Assembly (NCBI RefSeq): GCF_009914755.1
Contig: NC_060937.1
DNA from: the human T2T-CHM13v2.0 reference genome, Homo sapiens
Reading direction: 5' to 3' (one strand)
DNA length: 64,000 bases
Position 1 is the stretch's first letter. Each line of letters starts with the position of its first letter. Under the pieces are notes generated by a model. The model saw only the letters and a list, made by a program, of their open reading frames with translations. It did not search any database and was not told the DNA's origin. Shown piece by piece: positions 43,451 through 59,700 of this stretch. Position numbers and translations under genes: made by a program.

Positions 43451-46400
43451 AAATATCAAAGTTCACAAACTATATATTATATACTGTACATAAAATATCA
43501 AAGTACCCAAGGTATATATTCTATACTGTACAAAAAATATCAAAGTACCCAAAGGAAGTATTATATACTGTACATAAAATATGAAAGTACATCAAATATA
43601 TATTTTATTCTGTACATAAAATATCAAAGTACACCAAATATATATTCTATAGTGTACATAAAATATCAAAGTACCCAAACTATACATTATACACTGTACA
43701 TAAAATATGAAATTACATCAAATATATATTATATTAGGTACATAAAATATGAAAGTACATCAAATATAGATTATACACTGTACATAAAATACCAAAGAAC
43801 CCCAAATATATAATATATACTGTACATGAAATATCAAAGTTCACAAACTATATATTATATACTGTACATAAAATATCAAAGTACCCAAGGTATATATTCT
43901 ATACTGTACAAAAAATATGAAAGTACCCAAAGCATGTATTATATACTGTACATAAAATATGAAAGTACATCAAATATATATTTTATTCTGTACATAAAAT
44001 ATCAAAGTACACCAAATATATATTCTATGGTGTACATAAAATATCAAAGTACCCAAACTATACATTATATACTGTACATAAAATATGAAATTACTTCAAA
44101 TATATATTATATTAGGTACATAAAATATGAAAGTACATCAAATATAAATTATATACTGTACATAAAATACCAAAGAACCCCAAATATATATTATATACTG
44201 TACATGAAATATCAAAGTTCACAAACTATATATTATATACTGTACATAAAATATCAAAGTACCCAAGGTATATATTCTATACTGTACAAAAAATATCAAA
44301 GTACGCAAAGCATGTATTATATACTGTACATAAAATATGAAATTACATCAAATATATATTATATTAGGTACATAAAATATGAAAGTACATCACATATATA
44401 TCATATACTGTACATAAAATACCAAAGTACCCCAAATACATATTATATACTGTACATGAAATATCAAAGTTCACAAACTATATATTATATAATGTACATA
44501 AAATATCAAAGTACCGAAAGTATATATTCTATACTGTACAAAAAATATCAAAGTACCCAAAGCATGTATTATATAGTGTATATAAAATATGAAAGTACAT
44601 CAAATATATATTTAACTCTGTACATAAAATATCAAAGTACACCAAATATATATTCTATACTGTACATAAAATATCAAAGTACCCAAACTATACATTATAT
44701 ACTGTACATAAAATATGAAATTACATCAAATATATATTATATTAGGTACATAAAATATGAAAGTACATCAAATATAGATTATACACTGTACATAAAATAC
44801 CAAAGAACCCCAAATATATATTATATACTGTACATGAAATATCAGAGTTCACAAACTATATATTATATACTGTACATAAAATATCAAAGTACCCAAGGTA
44901 TATATTCTATACTGTACAAAAAATATCAAAGTACCCAAAGCATGTATTATATACTGTTAATAAAATATGAAAGTACATCAAATATATATTTTATTCTGTA
45001 CATAAAATATCAAAGTACACCAAATATATATTCTATAGTGTACATAAAATATCAAAGTACCCAAACTATACCTTATATACTGTACATAAAATATGAAATT
45101 ACATCAAATATATATTATATTAGGTACATAAAATATGAAAGTACATCAAATATATATTATATACTGTACATAAAATACCAAAGTACCCCAAATACATATT
45201 ATATACTGTACATGAAATATCAAAGTTCAAAAACTATATATTATATACTGTACATAAAATATCAAAGTACCGAAGGGATATATTCTATAATGTACAAAAA
45301 ATATCAAAGTACCCAAAGCATATATTATATACTGTACATAAAATATGAAAGTACATCAAATATATATTTTATTCTGTACATAAAATATCAAAGTACACCA
45401 AATATATATTCTATAGTGTACATAAAATATCAAAGTACCCAGACTATACATTATATACTGTACATAAAACATGAAATTACATCCAATATATATTATATTA
45501 GGTACATAAAATATGAAAGTACATCAAATATAAATTATATACTGTACATAAAATACCAAAGTACCTCAAATATATATTAAGTACTGTACATGAAATATCA
45601 AAGTTCACAAACTATATATTATATACTGTACATAAAATATCAAAGTACCCAAGGTATATATTCTATACTCTACAAAAAATATGAAAGTACCCAAAGCATG
45701 TATTATATACGGTACATAAAATATCAAAGTACACCAAATATATATTCTATAGTGTACATAAAATATCAAAGTACCCAAACTATACATTATATACTGTACA
45801 TAAAATATGAAAGTACATCAAATATAGATTATATACTGTACATAAAATAGCAAATTACACCAAATATATATTTTATACTGTACATGCAATATCAAAGTTC
45901 ACAAACTATATATTATATACTGTACATAAAATATCAAAGTACCCAAGGTATATATTCTATACTGTACAAAAAATATCAAAGTACCCAAAGCAAGTATTAT
46001 ATACTGTACATAAAATATGAAAGTACATCAAATATATATTTTATTCTGTACATAAAATATCAAAGTACACCAAATATATATTCTATAGTGTACATAAAAT
46101 ATCAAAGTACCCAAACTATACATTATATACTGTACATAAAATATGAAATTACATCAAATATATATTATATTAGGTACATAAAATATGAAAGTACATCAAA
46201 TATAGATTATACACTGTACATAAAATACCAAAGAACCCCAAATATATATTATATACTGTACATGAAATATCAAAGTTCACAAACTATATATTATATACTG
46301 TACATAAAATATCAAAGTACCCAAGGTATATATTCTATACTGTACAAAAAATATCAAAGTACCCAAAGCATGTATTATATACTGTACATAAAATATGAAA

Positions 46401-47790
46401 GTACATCAAATATATATTTTATTCTGTACATAAAATATCAAAGTACACCAAATATATATTCTATAGTGTACATAATAAATCAAAGTACCCAAACTATACA
46501 TTAAATACTGTACATAAAATATGAAATTACATCAAATATATATTATATTAGGTACATAAAATATGAAAGTACATCAAATATAGATTATATACTGCACATA
46601 AAATACCAAAGTACCCCAAATACATATTATATACTGTACATGAAATATCAAAGTTCACAAACTATATATTATATACTGTACATAAAATATCAAAGTACCC
46701 ATGTTATATATTCTATACTGTACAAAAAATATCAAAGTACCCAAAGCATGTATTATGTACTGTTCATAAAATATGAAAGTACATCAAATATATATTTTAT
46801 TCTGTACATAAAATATCAAAGTACACCAAATATATATTCTATACTGTACATAAAATATCAAAGTACCCAAACTATACATTATATACTGTACATAAAATAT
46901 GAAATTACATCAAATATAAATTCTATACTGTACATAAAATATCAAAGTACCCCAAATATATATTATATACTGTACATGAAATATCAAAGTCCACAAACTA
47001 TATATTATATACTGTACTTAAAATATCAAAGAACCCAAGGTATATATTCTATACTGTACAAAAAATATCAAAGTACCCAAAACAGGTATTATATACTGTT
47101 CATAACATATGAAAGTACATCAAATATATATTTAATTCTGTACATAAAATATCAAAGTACACCAAATATATATTCTATAGTGTACATAAAATATCAAAGT
47201 ACCCAAACTATACATTATATACTGTACATAAAATATGAAATTACATCAAATATATATTACATTAGGTACATAAAATATGAAAGTACATCAAATATAGATT
47301 ATATACTGTACATAAAATACCAAAGTACCCCAAATACATATTATATACTGTACATGAAATATCAAAGTTCACAAACTATATATTATATACTGTACATAAA
47401 ATATCAAAGTACCCAAGGTATATATTCTATACTGTACAAAAAATATCAAAGTACGCAAAGCATGTATTATATACTGTACATAAAATATGAAAGTACATGA
47501 AATATATATTTTATTCTGTACATAAAATATCAAAGTACACCAAATATATATTCTATAGTGTACATAAAATATCAAAGTACCCAAGGTATATATTCTATAC
47601 TGTACAAAAAATATCAAAGTACCCAAAGCATGTATTATATAGTGTATATAAAATATGAAAGTACAACAAATATATATTTAATTCTGTACATAAAATATCA
47701 AAGTACACCAAATATATATTCTATAGTGTACATTAAATATCAAAGTACCCAAACTATACATTATATACTGTACATAAAATATGAAATTAC
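43450..47790. repeat. Domain C: transition zone of rearranged HORs mixing domain-A and domain-B variants
   Basis: The 2141 period is lost. It contains a 6-mer (~44204-44456), a 7-mer (45590-45884), an 8-mer (46640-~46976) and a 13-mer minus 5 bp (47354-47895). Both A-type variants (CATGCAATAT, AAGCAAGTA) and B-type variants (GAAGGGATA, AAAACATGA, TTATACACTG) occur. Confidence 0.65.
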
Positions 47791-50700
47791 ATCAAGTATA
47801 TATTAGGTACATAAAATATGAAAGTACATCACATATAGATTATATACTGTACATAAAATATCAATGTACCCCAAATATATATTATATACTCTACATGAAA
47901 TATCAATGTTCACAAATTATATATTGTATACTGTACATAAAATATCAAAGTACCCAAGGTATATATTCTATACTGTGTAAAAAATATCAAAGTACCCAAA
48001 GCATGTATTATATACTGTACATAAAATATGAAAGTACATTAAATATATATTTTATTCTGTACATAAAATATCAAAGTACACCAGATAAATATTCTATAGT
48101 GTACATAAAATATCAAAGTACCCAAACTATACATTATATACTGTACATAAAATATGAAATTACATCAAATATATATTAGGTACATAAAATATGAAAGTAC
48201 ATCAAATATAGATTATATACTGTACATATAATATCATTGTACCCCAAATATATATTTTATACTCTACATGAAATATCAAAGTTCACAAACTATATATTAT
48301 ATACTGTACATAAAATATCAAAGTACCCAAGGTATATATTGTATACTGTACAAAAAATATCAAAGTACCCAAAGCATGTATTATATACTGTACATAAAAT
48401 ACGAAAGTACATCAAATATATATTTTATTCTGTACATAAAATATCAAAGTACACCAGATATATATACTATAGTGTACATAAAATATCAAAGTACCCAAAC
48501 TATACATTATATACTGTACATAAAATATGAAATTACATCAAATATATATTATATTAGGTACATAAAATATGAAAGTACATCAAATATAGATTATATACTG
48601 TACATTAAATACCAAAGTACCCCAAATATATATTTTATACTGTACATGAAATATCAAAGTTCACAAACTATATATTATATACTGTACATAAAATATCAAA
48701 GTACCCAAGGTATATATTCTATACTGTACAAAAAATATCAAAGTACCCAAAGCATGTATTATATACTGTACATAAAATATGAAAGTACATCAAATATATA
48801 TTTTATTCTGTACATAAAATATCAAAGTACACCAGATATATATTCTATAGTGTACATAAAATATCAAAGTACGCAAACTATACATTATATACTGTACATA
48901 AAATATGAAATTACATCAAATATATATTATATTAGGTTCATAAAATATGAAAGTTCATCAAATATAGATTATATACTGTACATAAAATATCAAAGTACCC
49001 CAAATATATATTATATACTATATATGAAATATCAAAGCTCACAAACTATATATTATATACTGTACATAAAATATCAAAGTACCCAAGGTATATATTCTAT
49101 ACCGCACAAAAAATATCAAAGTACCCAAAGCATGTATTATATACTGTATATAAAATATGAAATTACATCAAATATATATTTTATTCTGTACATAAAATAT
49201 CAAAGTACACCAGATATATATTCTATAGTCTACATAAAATAACAAAGTACACAAACTATAAATTATATACTGTATATAAAATATGAAATTACATCAAATA
49301 TATATTACGTGCATAAAATATGAAAGTACATCAAATATAGATTATATACTGTACATAAAATACCAATGTACCCCAAATATATATTTTATACTCTACATGA
49401 AATATCAAAGTTCACAAACCATATATTATATACTGTACATAAAATATCAAAGTACCCAAGGTATATATTCTATACTGTACAAAAATTATCAAAGTACCCA
49501 AAGCATTTATTATATACTGTATATAAAATATGAAACTACATCAAATATATATTTTATTCTGTACATAAAATATCAAAATACACCAGATATATATTCTATA
49601 GTGTACATAAAATATCAAAGTACCCAAACTATACATTATATACTGTACATAAAATATGAAATTACATCAAATATATTTTATATTAGGTACATAAAATATG
49701 AAAGTACATCAAATATAGATTATATACTGTACATTAAATACCAAAGTACCCCAAATATATATTTTATACTGTACATGAAATATCAAAGTTCACAAACCAT
49801 ATATTATATACTGTACATAAAATATCAAAGTACACAGCGTATATATTCTATACTGTACAAAAATAACAAAGTACCAAAAGCATGTATTATATACTGTTCC
49901 TAAAATATGAAAGTACATCAAATATATATTTTATTCTGTACATAAAATATCAAAGTACACCAGATATATATTCCATAGTGTACATAAAATATCAAAGTAC
50001 CCAAACTATACATTATATACTGTACATAAAATATGAAATTACATCAAATATATTTTATATTAGGTACATAAAATATGAAAGTACATCAAATATAGATTAT
50101 ATACTGTACATAAAATATCAAAGTACCCCAAATATATATTATATACTCTACATGAAATATCAAAGTTCACAAACTATATATTATATACTGTACATAAAAT
50201 ATCAAAGTACCCAAGGTATATATTCTATACTGCACAAAAAATATCAAAGTACCCAAAGCATGTATTATAAACTGTACATAAAATATGAAAGTACATCAAA
50301 TGTATATTTTATTCTGTACATAAAATATCAAAGTACACCTGATATATATTCTATAGTGTACATAAAATATCAAAGTACCCAAACTATACATTATATACTG
50401 TACATAAAATATGAAATTACATTAAATATATATTAGGTACATAAAATATGATAGTACATCTAATATAGATTATATACTGTACATAAAATATCAATGTACC
50501 CCAAATATATATTTTATACTCTACATGAAATATCAAAGTTCAGAAACCATATATTGTATACTGTACATAAAATATCAAAATACCCAAGGTATATATTCTA
50601 TACTGTACAAAAAATATCAAAGTACCCAAAGCATGTATTATATACTGTGCATAAAATATGAAAGTACATCAAATATATATTTAATTCTGTACATTAAATA

Positions 50701-53700
50701 TCAAAGTACACCAGATATATATTCTATAGTGTACATAAAATATCAAAGTACCCAAACTATACATTAAATACTGTACATAAAATATGAGATTACATCAAAT
50801 ATATATTATATTAGGTACAAAAAATATGAAAGTATATCAAATATAGATTATATACTGTACATAAAATATCAAAGTACCCCAAATATATATTATATACTCT
50901 ACATGAAATATCAAAGTTCACAAACTATATATTATATACTGTACATAAAATATCAAAGTACCCAAGGTATATATTCTATACTGTACAAAAAATATCAAAG
51001 TACGCAAAGCATGTATTGTATACTGTATATAAAATATGAAAGTACATTAAATATATATTTTATTCTGTACATAAAATATCAAAGTACACCAGATATATAT
51101 TCTATAGTGTACATAAAATAACAAAGTACACAAACTATAAATTATATACTGTACATAAAATATGAAATTACATCAAATATATATTAGGTAAATAAAATAT
51201 GAAAGTACATCAAATATAGATTATATACTGTACATATAATATCAATGTACCCCATATATATATTTTATACTCTACATGAAATATCAAAGTTCACAAACCA
51301 TATATTATATACTGTACATAAAATATCAAAGTACCCAAGGTAAATATTCTATACTGTACAAAAAATATCAAAGTACCCAAAGCATGTATTATATACTGTA
51401 CATAAAATATGAAAGTACATCAAATATATATTTTATTCTGTACATAAAATATCAAAGTACACCAGATATATATTCTATAGTGTACATAAAATATTAAATT
51501 ACCCAAACTATACATTATATACTGTACATAAAATATGAAATTACATCAAATATATATTATATTAGGTACATAAAATATGAAAGTACATCAAATATAGTTT
51601 ATATACTGTACATTAAATACCAAATTACCCCAAATATATATTTTATACTGTACATGAATTATCAAAGTTCACAAACTATATATTATATACTGTACATAAA
51701 ATATCAAAGTACCCAAGGTATATATTCTATACTGTACAAAAAATATCAAAGTACCCAAAGCATGTATTATATACTGTATATAAAATATGAAAGTACATCA
51801 AATATATATTTTATTCTGTACATAAAATATCAAAGTACACCAGATATATATTCAATAGTGTACATAAAATAACAAAGTACACAAACTGTAAATTATATAC
51901 TGTACATAAAATATGAAATTACATCAAATATATATTAGGTACATAAAATATGAAAGTACATCAAATATAGATTATATACTGTACATAAAATATCAATGTA
52001 CCCCAAATATATATTTTATAATCTACATGAAATATCAAAGTTCACAAACCATATATTATATACTGTACATAAAATATCAAAGTACCCAAGGTATATATTC
52101 TATACTGTACAAAAAATATCAAAGTACCCAAAGCATGTATTATATACTGTACATAAAATATGAAAGTACATCAAATATATATTTTATTCTGTACATAAAA
52201 TATCAAAGTACACCAGATATATATTCTATAGTGTACATAAAATATCAAAGTACCCAAACTATACATTATATACTGTACATAAAATATGAAATTTCATCAA
52301 ATATATATTAGGTACATAAAATATGAAAGTACATCAAATATAGATTATATACTGTACATAAAATATCAAAGTACCCCAAATATATATTATATACTGTACA
52401 TGAAATATCAAAGTTCACAAACTATATATTATATACTGTACATAAAATATCAAAGTACCCAAGGTATATATTCTATCCTGTACAAAAAATATCAAAGTAC
52501 CCAAGCATGTATTATATACTGTATATAAAATATGAAAGTACATCAAATATATATTTTATTCTGTACATAAAATATCAAAGTACACCAGATATATATTCTA
52601 TAGTGTACATAAAATAAGAATGTACACAAACTATAAATTATATACTGTCCATAAAATATGAAATTACATCAAATATATATTAGGTACCTAAAATATGAAA
52701 GTACATCAAATATAGCTTATGTACTGTACATAAAATATCAAAGTACCCCAAATATATATTATATACTCTACATGAAATATCAAAGTTCACAAACTATATA
52801 TTATATACTGTACATAAAATATCAAAGTACCCAAGGTATATATTCTATACTGTACAAAAAATATCAAAGTACGCAAAGCATGTATTATATATTGTATATA
52901 AAATATGAAAGTACATTAAATATATATTTTATTCTGTACATCAAATATCAAAGTACACCAGATATATATTCTATAGTGTACATAAAATAACAAAGTACAC
53001 AAACTATAAATTATATACTGTATATAAAATATGAAATTGCATCAAAAATATATTAGGTACATAAAATATGAAAGTACATCAAATATAGATTATATACTGT
53101 ACATAAAATATCAATGTACCGCAAATATATATTTTATACTCTACATGAAATATCAAAGTTCACAAACTATATATTATATACTGTACATAAAATATCAAAA
53201 TACCCAAGGTATATATTCTATACTGAACAAAAAATATCAAAGTACCCAAAGCATGTATTATATACTGTATATAAAATATGAAAGTACATCAAATATATAT
53301 TTTATTCTGTACGTAAAATATCAAAGTACACCAGATATGTATTCTATACTGTACATAAAATAACAAAGTACAAAAACTATAAATTATATACTGTACATAA
53401 AATATGAAATTACATCAAATACATATTAGGTACATAAAATATGAAAGTACATCAAATATAGATTATATACTGTACATAAAATATCAATGTACCCCAAATA
53501 TATATTTTATACTCTACATGAAATATCAAAGTTCACAAACCATATATTATATACTGTACATAAAATATCAAAGTAACCAAGGTATATATTCTATACTGTA
53601 CAAAAAATACCAAAGTACCCAAAGCATGTATTATATACTGTACATAAAATATGAAAGTACATCAAATATATATTTTATTCTGTACATGAAATATCAAAGT

Positions 53701-56700
53701 ACACCAGATATATATTCTATAGTGTACATAAAATATCAAAGTACCCAAACTATACATTATATACTGTACATAAAATATGAAATTACATCAAATATATATT
53801 ATATTAGGTACATAAAATAAGAAAGAACATCAAATGTAGATTATATACTGTACATAAAATATCAAAGTACCCCAAATATATATTATATACTCTACATGAA
53901 ATATCAAAGTTCACAAACCATATATTATATACTGTACATAAAATATCAAAGTACCCAAGGTATATATTCTATAATGTACAAAAAATATCAAAGTAACCAA
54001 AGCGTGTATTATATACTGTATATAAAATATGAAATTACATCAAATATATATTAGGTACATAAAATATGAAAGTACAACAAATATAGATTATATACTGTAC
54101 TTAAAATATCAAAGTACCCCAAATATATATTATATACTGTACATGAAATATCAAAGTTCACAAACTATATATTATATACTGTACATAAAATATCAAAGTA
54201 CCCAAGGTATATATTCTATACTGTACAAAAAATATCAAAGTACCCAAAGCACGTATTATATACTGTACATAAAATATGAAAGTACATCAAATATATATTT
54301 TATTCTGTACATAAAATATCAAAGTACACCAGATATATATTCTATAGTGTACATAAAATAACAAAGTACACAAACTATAAATTATATACTGTACATAAAA
54401 TATGAAATTACATCAAATATATATTAGGTACATAAAATATGAAAGTACATCAAACATAGATTATATACTGTACATGAAATATCAATGTAACCCAAATATA
54501 TATTATATACTCTACATGAAATATCAAAGTTCACAAACCGTATATTATATACTGTACGTAAAATATCAAAGTACCCAAGGTATATATTCTATATTGTACA
54601 AAAAATATCAAAGTACCCATAGCATGTATTATATACTGTACATAAAATATGAAAGTACATCAAATATATATTTTATTCTGTACATAAAATATCAAAGTAC
54701 ACCAGATATATATTCTATAGGATACATAAAATATCAAAGTACCCAAACTATAAATTATATAATTTACATAAAATATGAAATTACATCAAATATATATTAG
54801 GTACATAAAATATGAAAGTACATCAAATATAGATTATATACTGTACATAAAATATCAAAGTACCCCAAATATATATTATATACTGTACATGAAATATCAA
54901 AGTTCACAAACTATATATTATATACTGTACATAAAATATCAAAGTACCCAAGGTATATATTCTATACTTTACAAAAAATATCAAAGTACCCAAAGCATGT
55001 ATTATATACTGTACATAAAATATGAAAGTACATCAAATATATATTTCATTCTGTACATAAAATATCAAAGTACACCAGATATATATTCTATAGTGTACAT
55101 AAAATATCAAAGTACCCAAACTATACATTATATACTGTACATAAAATATGAAATTACATCAAATATATATTATATTAGGTACATAAAATATGAAAGTACA
55201 TCAAATATGGTTTATATACTGTACATTAAATACCAAATTACTCCAAATATATATTTTATACTGTACATGAAATATCAAAGTTCACAAACTATATATTATA
55301 TACTGTACATAAAATATCAAAGTACCCAAGGTATATATTCTATACTGTAAAAAAATATCAAAGTACCCAAAGCATGTATTATATACTGTATATAAAATAT
55401 GAAAGTACATCAAATATATATTTTATTCTGTACATAAAATATCAAAGTACTCCAGATATATATTCTATAGTGTACATAAAATAAGGAAGTACACAAACTA
55501 TAAATTATATACTGTCCATAAAATATGAAATTACATCAAATATATATTAGGTACCTAAAATATGAAAGTACATCAAATATAGCTTATATACTGTACATAA
55601 AATATCAATGTACCCCAAATATATATTTTATACTCGACATGAAATATCAAAGTTCACAAACCATATATTATATACTGTACATAAAATATCAAAGTACCCA
55701 AGGTATATATTCTATACTGTACAAAAAATATCAAAGTACCCAAAGCATGTATTATATACTGTACATAAAATATGAAAGTACATCAAATATATATTTTATT
55801 CTGTACATAAAATATCAAAGTACACCAGATATATATTCTATAGTGTACATAAAATATCATAGTACCCAAACAATACATTATATACTGTACATAAAATATG
55901 AAATTACATCAAATATATATTAGGTACATAAAATATGAAAGTACATCAAATATACATTATATACTGTACATAAAATAACAAAGTACCCCAAATATATATT
56001 ATATACTCTACATGAAATATCAAAGTTCACAAACTATATATTATATACTATACATAAAATATCAAAGTACCCAAGGTATATATTCTATACTGTACAAAAA
56101 ATATCAAAGTACCCAAAGCATGTATTATATACTGTACATAAAATATGAAAGTACATCAAATATATATTTTATTCTGTACATCAAATATCAAAGTACACCA
56201 GATATATATTCTATAGTGTACATAAAATAACAAAGTACACAAACTATAAATTATATACTGTATATAAAATATGAAATTACATCAAAAATATATTAGGTAC
56301 ATAAAATATGAAAGTACATCAAATATAGATTATATACTGTACATAAAATATCAATGTACCCCAAATATATATTTTATACTCTACATGAAATATCAAAGTT
56401 CACAAACTATATATTATATACTGTACATAAAATATCAAAATACCCAAGGTATATATTCTATACTGAACAAAAAATATCAAAGTACCCAAAGCATGTATTA
56501 TATACTGTACATAAAATATGAAAGTACATCAAATATATATCTTATTCTGTACATAAAATATCAATGTACACCAGATATATATTCTATAGTGTACATAAAA
56601 TATCAAAGTACCCAAACTATACATTATATACTGTACAGAAAATATGAAATTACAGCAAATATATATTATATTAGGTACATAAAATATGAAAGTACATCAA

Positions 56701-59700
56701 ATATAGATTATATACTGTACATTAAATACCAAAGTACCCCAAATATATATTTTATACTGTACATGAAATATCAAAGTTCACAAACTATATATTATATACT
56801 GTACATAAAATATCAAAGTACACAAGGTATATATTCTATACTATACAAAAAATATCAAAGTACCCAAAACATGTATTATATACTGTACATAAAATATGAA
56901 AGTACATCAAATATATATTTTATTCTGTACATAAAATATCAAAGTACACCAGATATATATTCTATAGTGTACATAAAATATCAAAGTACCCAAACTATAC
57001 ATTATATGCTATATATAAAATATGAGATTACATCAAATATATATTATATTAGGTACATAAAATATGAAAGTACATCAAATATAGATTATATACTGTACAT
57101 AAAATATCAAAGTACCCCAAATATATATTATATACTGTACATGAAATATCAAACTTCACAAACTTTATATTATATACTGTACATAAAATATCAAAGTACC
57201 CAAGGTATATATTCTATACTGTACAAAAAATATCAAAGTACCCAAAGCATGTTTTATATACTGTACATAAAATATGAAAGTACATCAAATATATATTTTA
57301 TTCTGTACATAAAATATCAAGGTACACCAGATATATATTCTATAGTGTACATAAAATAGCAAAGTACACAAACTATAAACTATGTACTGTACATAAAATA
57401 TGAAATTACATCAAATATATATTAGGTACATAAAATATGAAAGTACATCAAATGTAGATTATATACTGTACATAAAATATCAATGTACCCCAAATATATA
57501 TTTTACACTCTACATGAAATATCAAAGTTCACAAACCATATATTATATACTGTATATAAAATATCAAAGTACCCAAGGTATATATTCTATACTTTACAAC
57601 AAATATCAAAGTACCGAAAGCATGTATTATATACTGTACATAAAATATGAAAGTACATGAAATATATATTTTATTCTGTACATAAAATATCAAAGTACAC
57701 CAGATATATATTCTATAGAGTACATAAAATATCAAAGTACCCAAACTATAGATTATATACTGTACATAAAATATGAAATTACATCAAATATATATTATAT
57801 TAGGTACATAAAATATGAAAGTACATCAAATATAGATTATATACTGTACATTAAATACCAAAGTACCCCAAATATATATTTTATACTGTACATGAAATAT
57901 CAAGGTTCACACACTATATATTATATACTGTACATAAAATATCAAAGTACCCAAGGTATATATTCTATACTGTACAAAAAATATCAAAGTACCCAAAGCA
58001 TATATTATATACTGTATATAAAATACGAAAGTTCATCAAATATATATTTTATTCTGTACATAAAATATCAAAATACACCAGATATATATTCTATAGTGTA
58101 CATAAAATAACAAAGTACACAATCTATAAATTATATACTGTACATAAAATATGAAATTACATCAAATATATATTAGGTACATAAAATATGAAAGTACATC
58201 AAATATAGATTATATACTGTACATATAATATCAATGTACCCCAAATATATATTTTATACTCTACATGAAATATCAACGTTCACAAACCATATATTATATA
58301 CTGTACATAAAATATCAAAGTACCCAAGGTATATATTCTATACTGTACAAAAGATATCAAAGTACCCAAAGCATGTATTATATACTGTACATAAAATATG
58401 AAAGTACATCAAATATATATTTTATTCTGTAAATAAAATATCAAAGTACAGCAGATATATATTCTATAGTGTACATAAAATATCAAAGTACCCAAACTAT
58501 ACATTATATACTGTACATAAAATATGAAATTACATCAAATATATATTAGGTACATAAAATATGAAAGTACATCAAATATAGATTATATACTGTACATAAA
58601 ATATCAAAGTACCCCAAATATATATTATATACTCTACATGAAATATCAAAGTTCACAAACTATATATTATATACTTTACATAAAATATCAAAGTACCCAA
58701 GGTATATATTCTATACTGTGCAAAAAATATCAAAGTACCCAAAGCATGTATTATATACTGTATATAAAATATGAAAGTACTTCAAATATATATTTTATTC
58801 TGTACATAAAATATCAAGGTACACCAGATATATATTCTATAGTGTACATAAAATAGCAAAGTACACAAACTATAAATTATATACTGTACATAAAATATGA
58901 AATTACATCAAATATATATTAGGTACATAAAATATGAAAGTACATCAAATATAGATTATATGCTGTACATTAAATACCAAAGTACCCCAAATATATATTT
59001 TATACTGTACATGAAATATCAAAGTTCACAAACTATATATTATATACTGTACATAAAATATCAAAGTACCCAAGGTATATATTCTATACTGTACCAAAAA
59101 TATCAAAGTACCCAAATCACGTATTATATACTGTACATAAAATATGAAGGTACATCAAATATATATTTTATTCTGTACATAAAATATCAAAGTACACCAG
59201 ATATATATTCTATAGTGTACATAATATATCAAAGTACCCAAACTATACATTATATACTGTACATAAAATATGAAATTACATCAAATCTATATTAGGTACA
59301 TAAAATATGAAAGTACATCAAATATAGATTATATACTGTACATAAAATATCAAAGTACCCCAAATATATATTATATACTCTATATGAAATATCAAAGTTC
59401 ACAAACTATATATTATATACTGTACATAAAATATCAAAGTACCCAAGGTATATATTCTATACTGTGCAAAAAATATCAAAGTACCCAAAGCATGTATTAT
59501 ATACTGTATATAAAATATGAAAGTACATCAAATATATATTTTATTCTGCAGATAAAATATCAAAATACAACAGATATATATTCTATAGTGTACATAAAAT
59601 AACAAAGTACACAAACTATACATTATATACTGTACATAAAATATGAAATTACATCACATATATATTAGGTACATAAAATATGAAAGTACATCAAATATAG

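Noticed and set aside
15383-47500. Regularly recurring in-frame TGA (…GAAAGTACATGA) and -1 frameshifts as programmed recoding (selenocysteine or frameshifting)
   Set aside because: Single mutations copied by tandem amplification explain them fully. There is no SECIS-like or slippery-site/pseudoknot context and no credible CDS.
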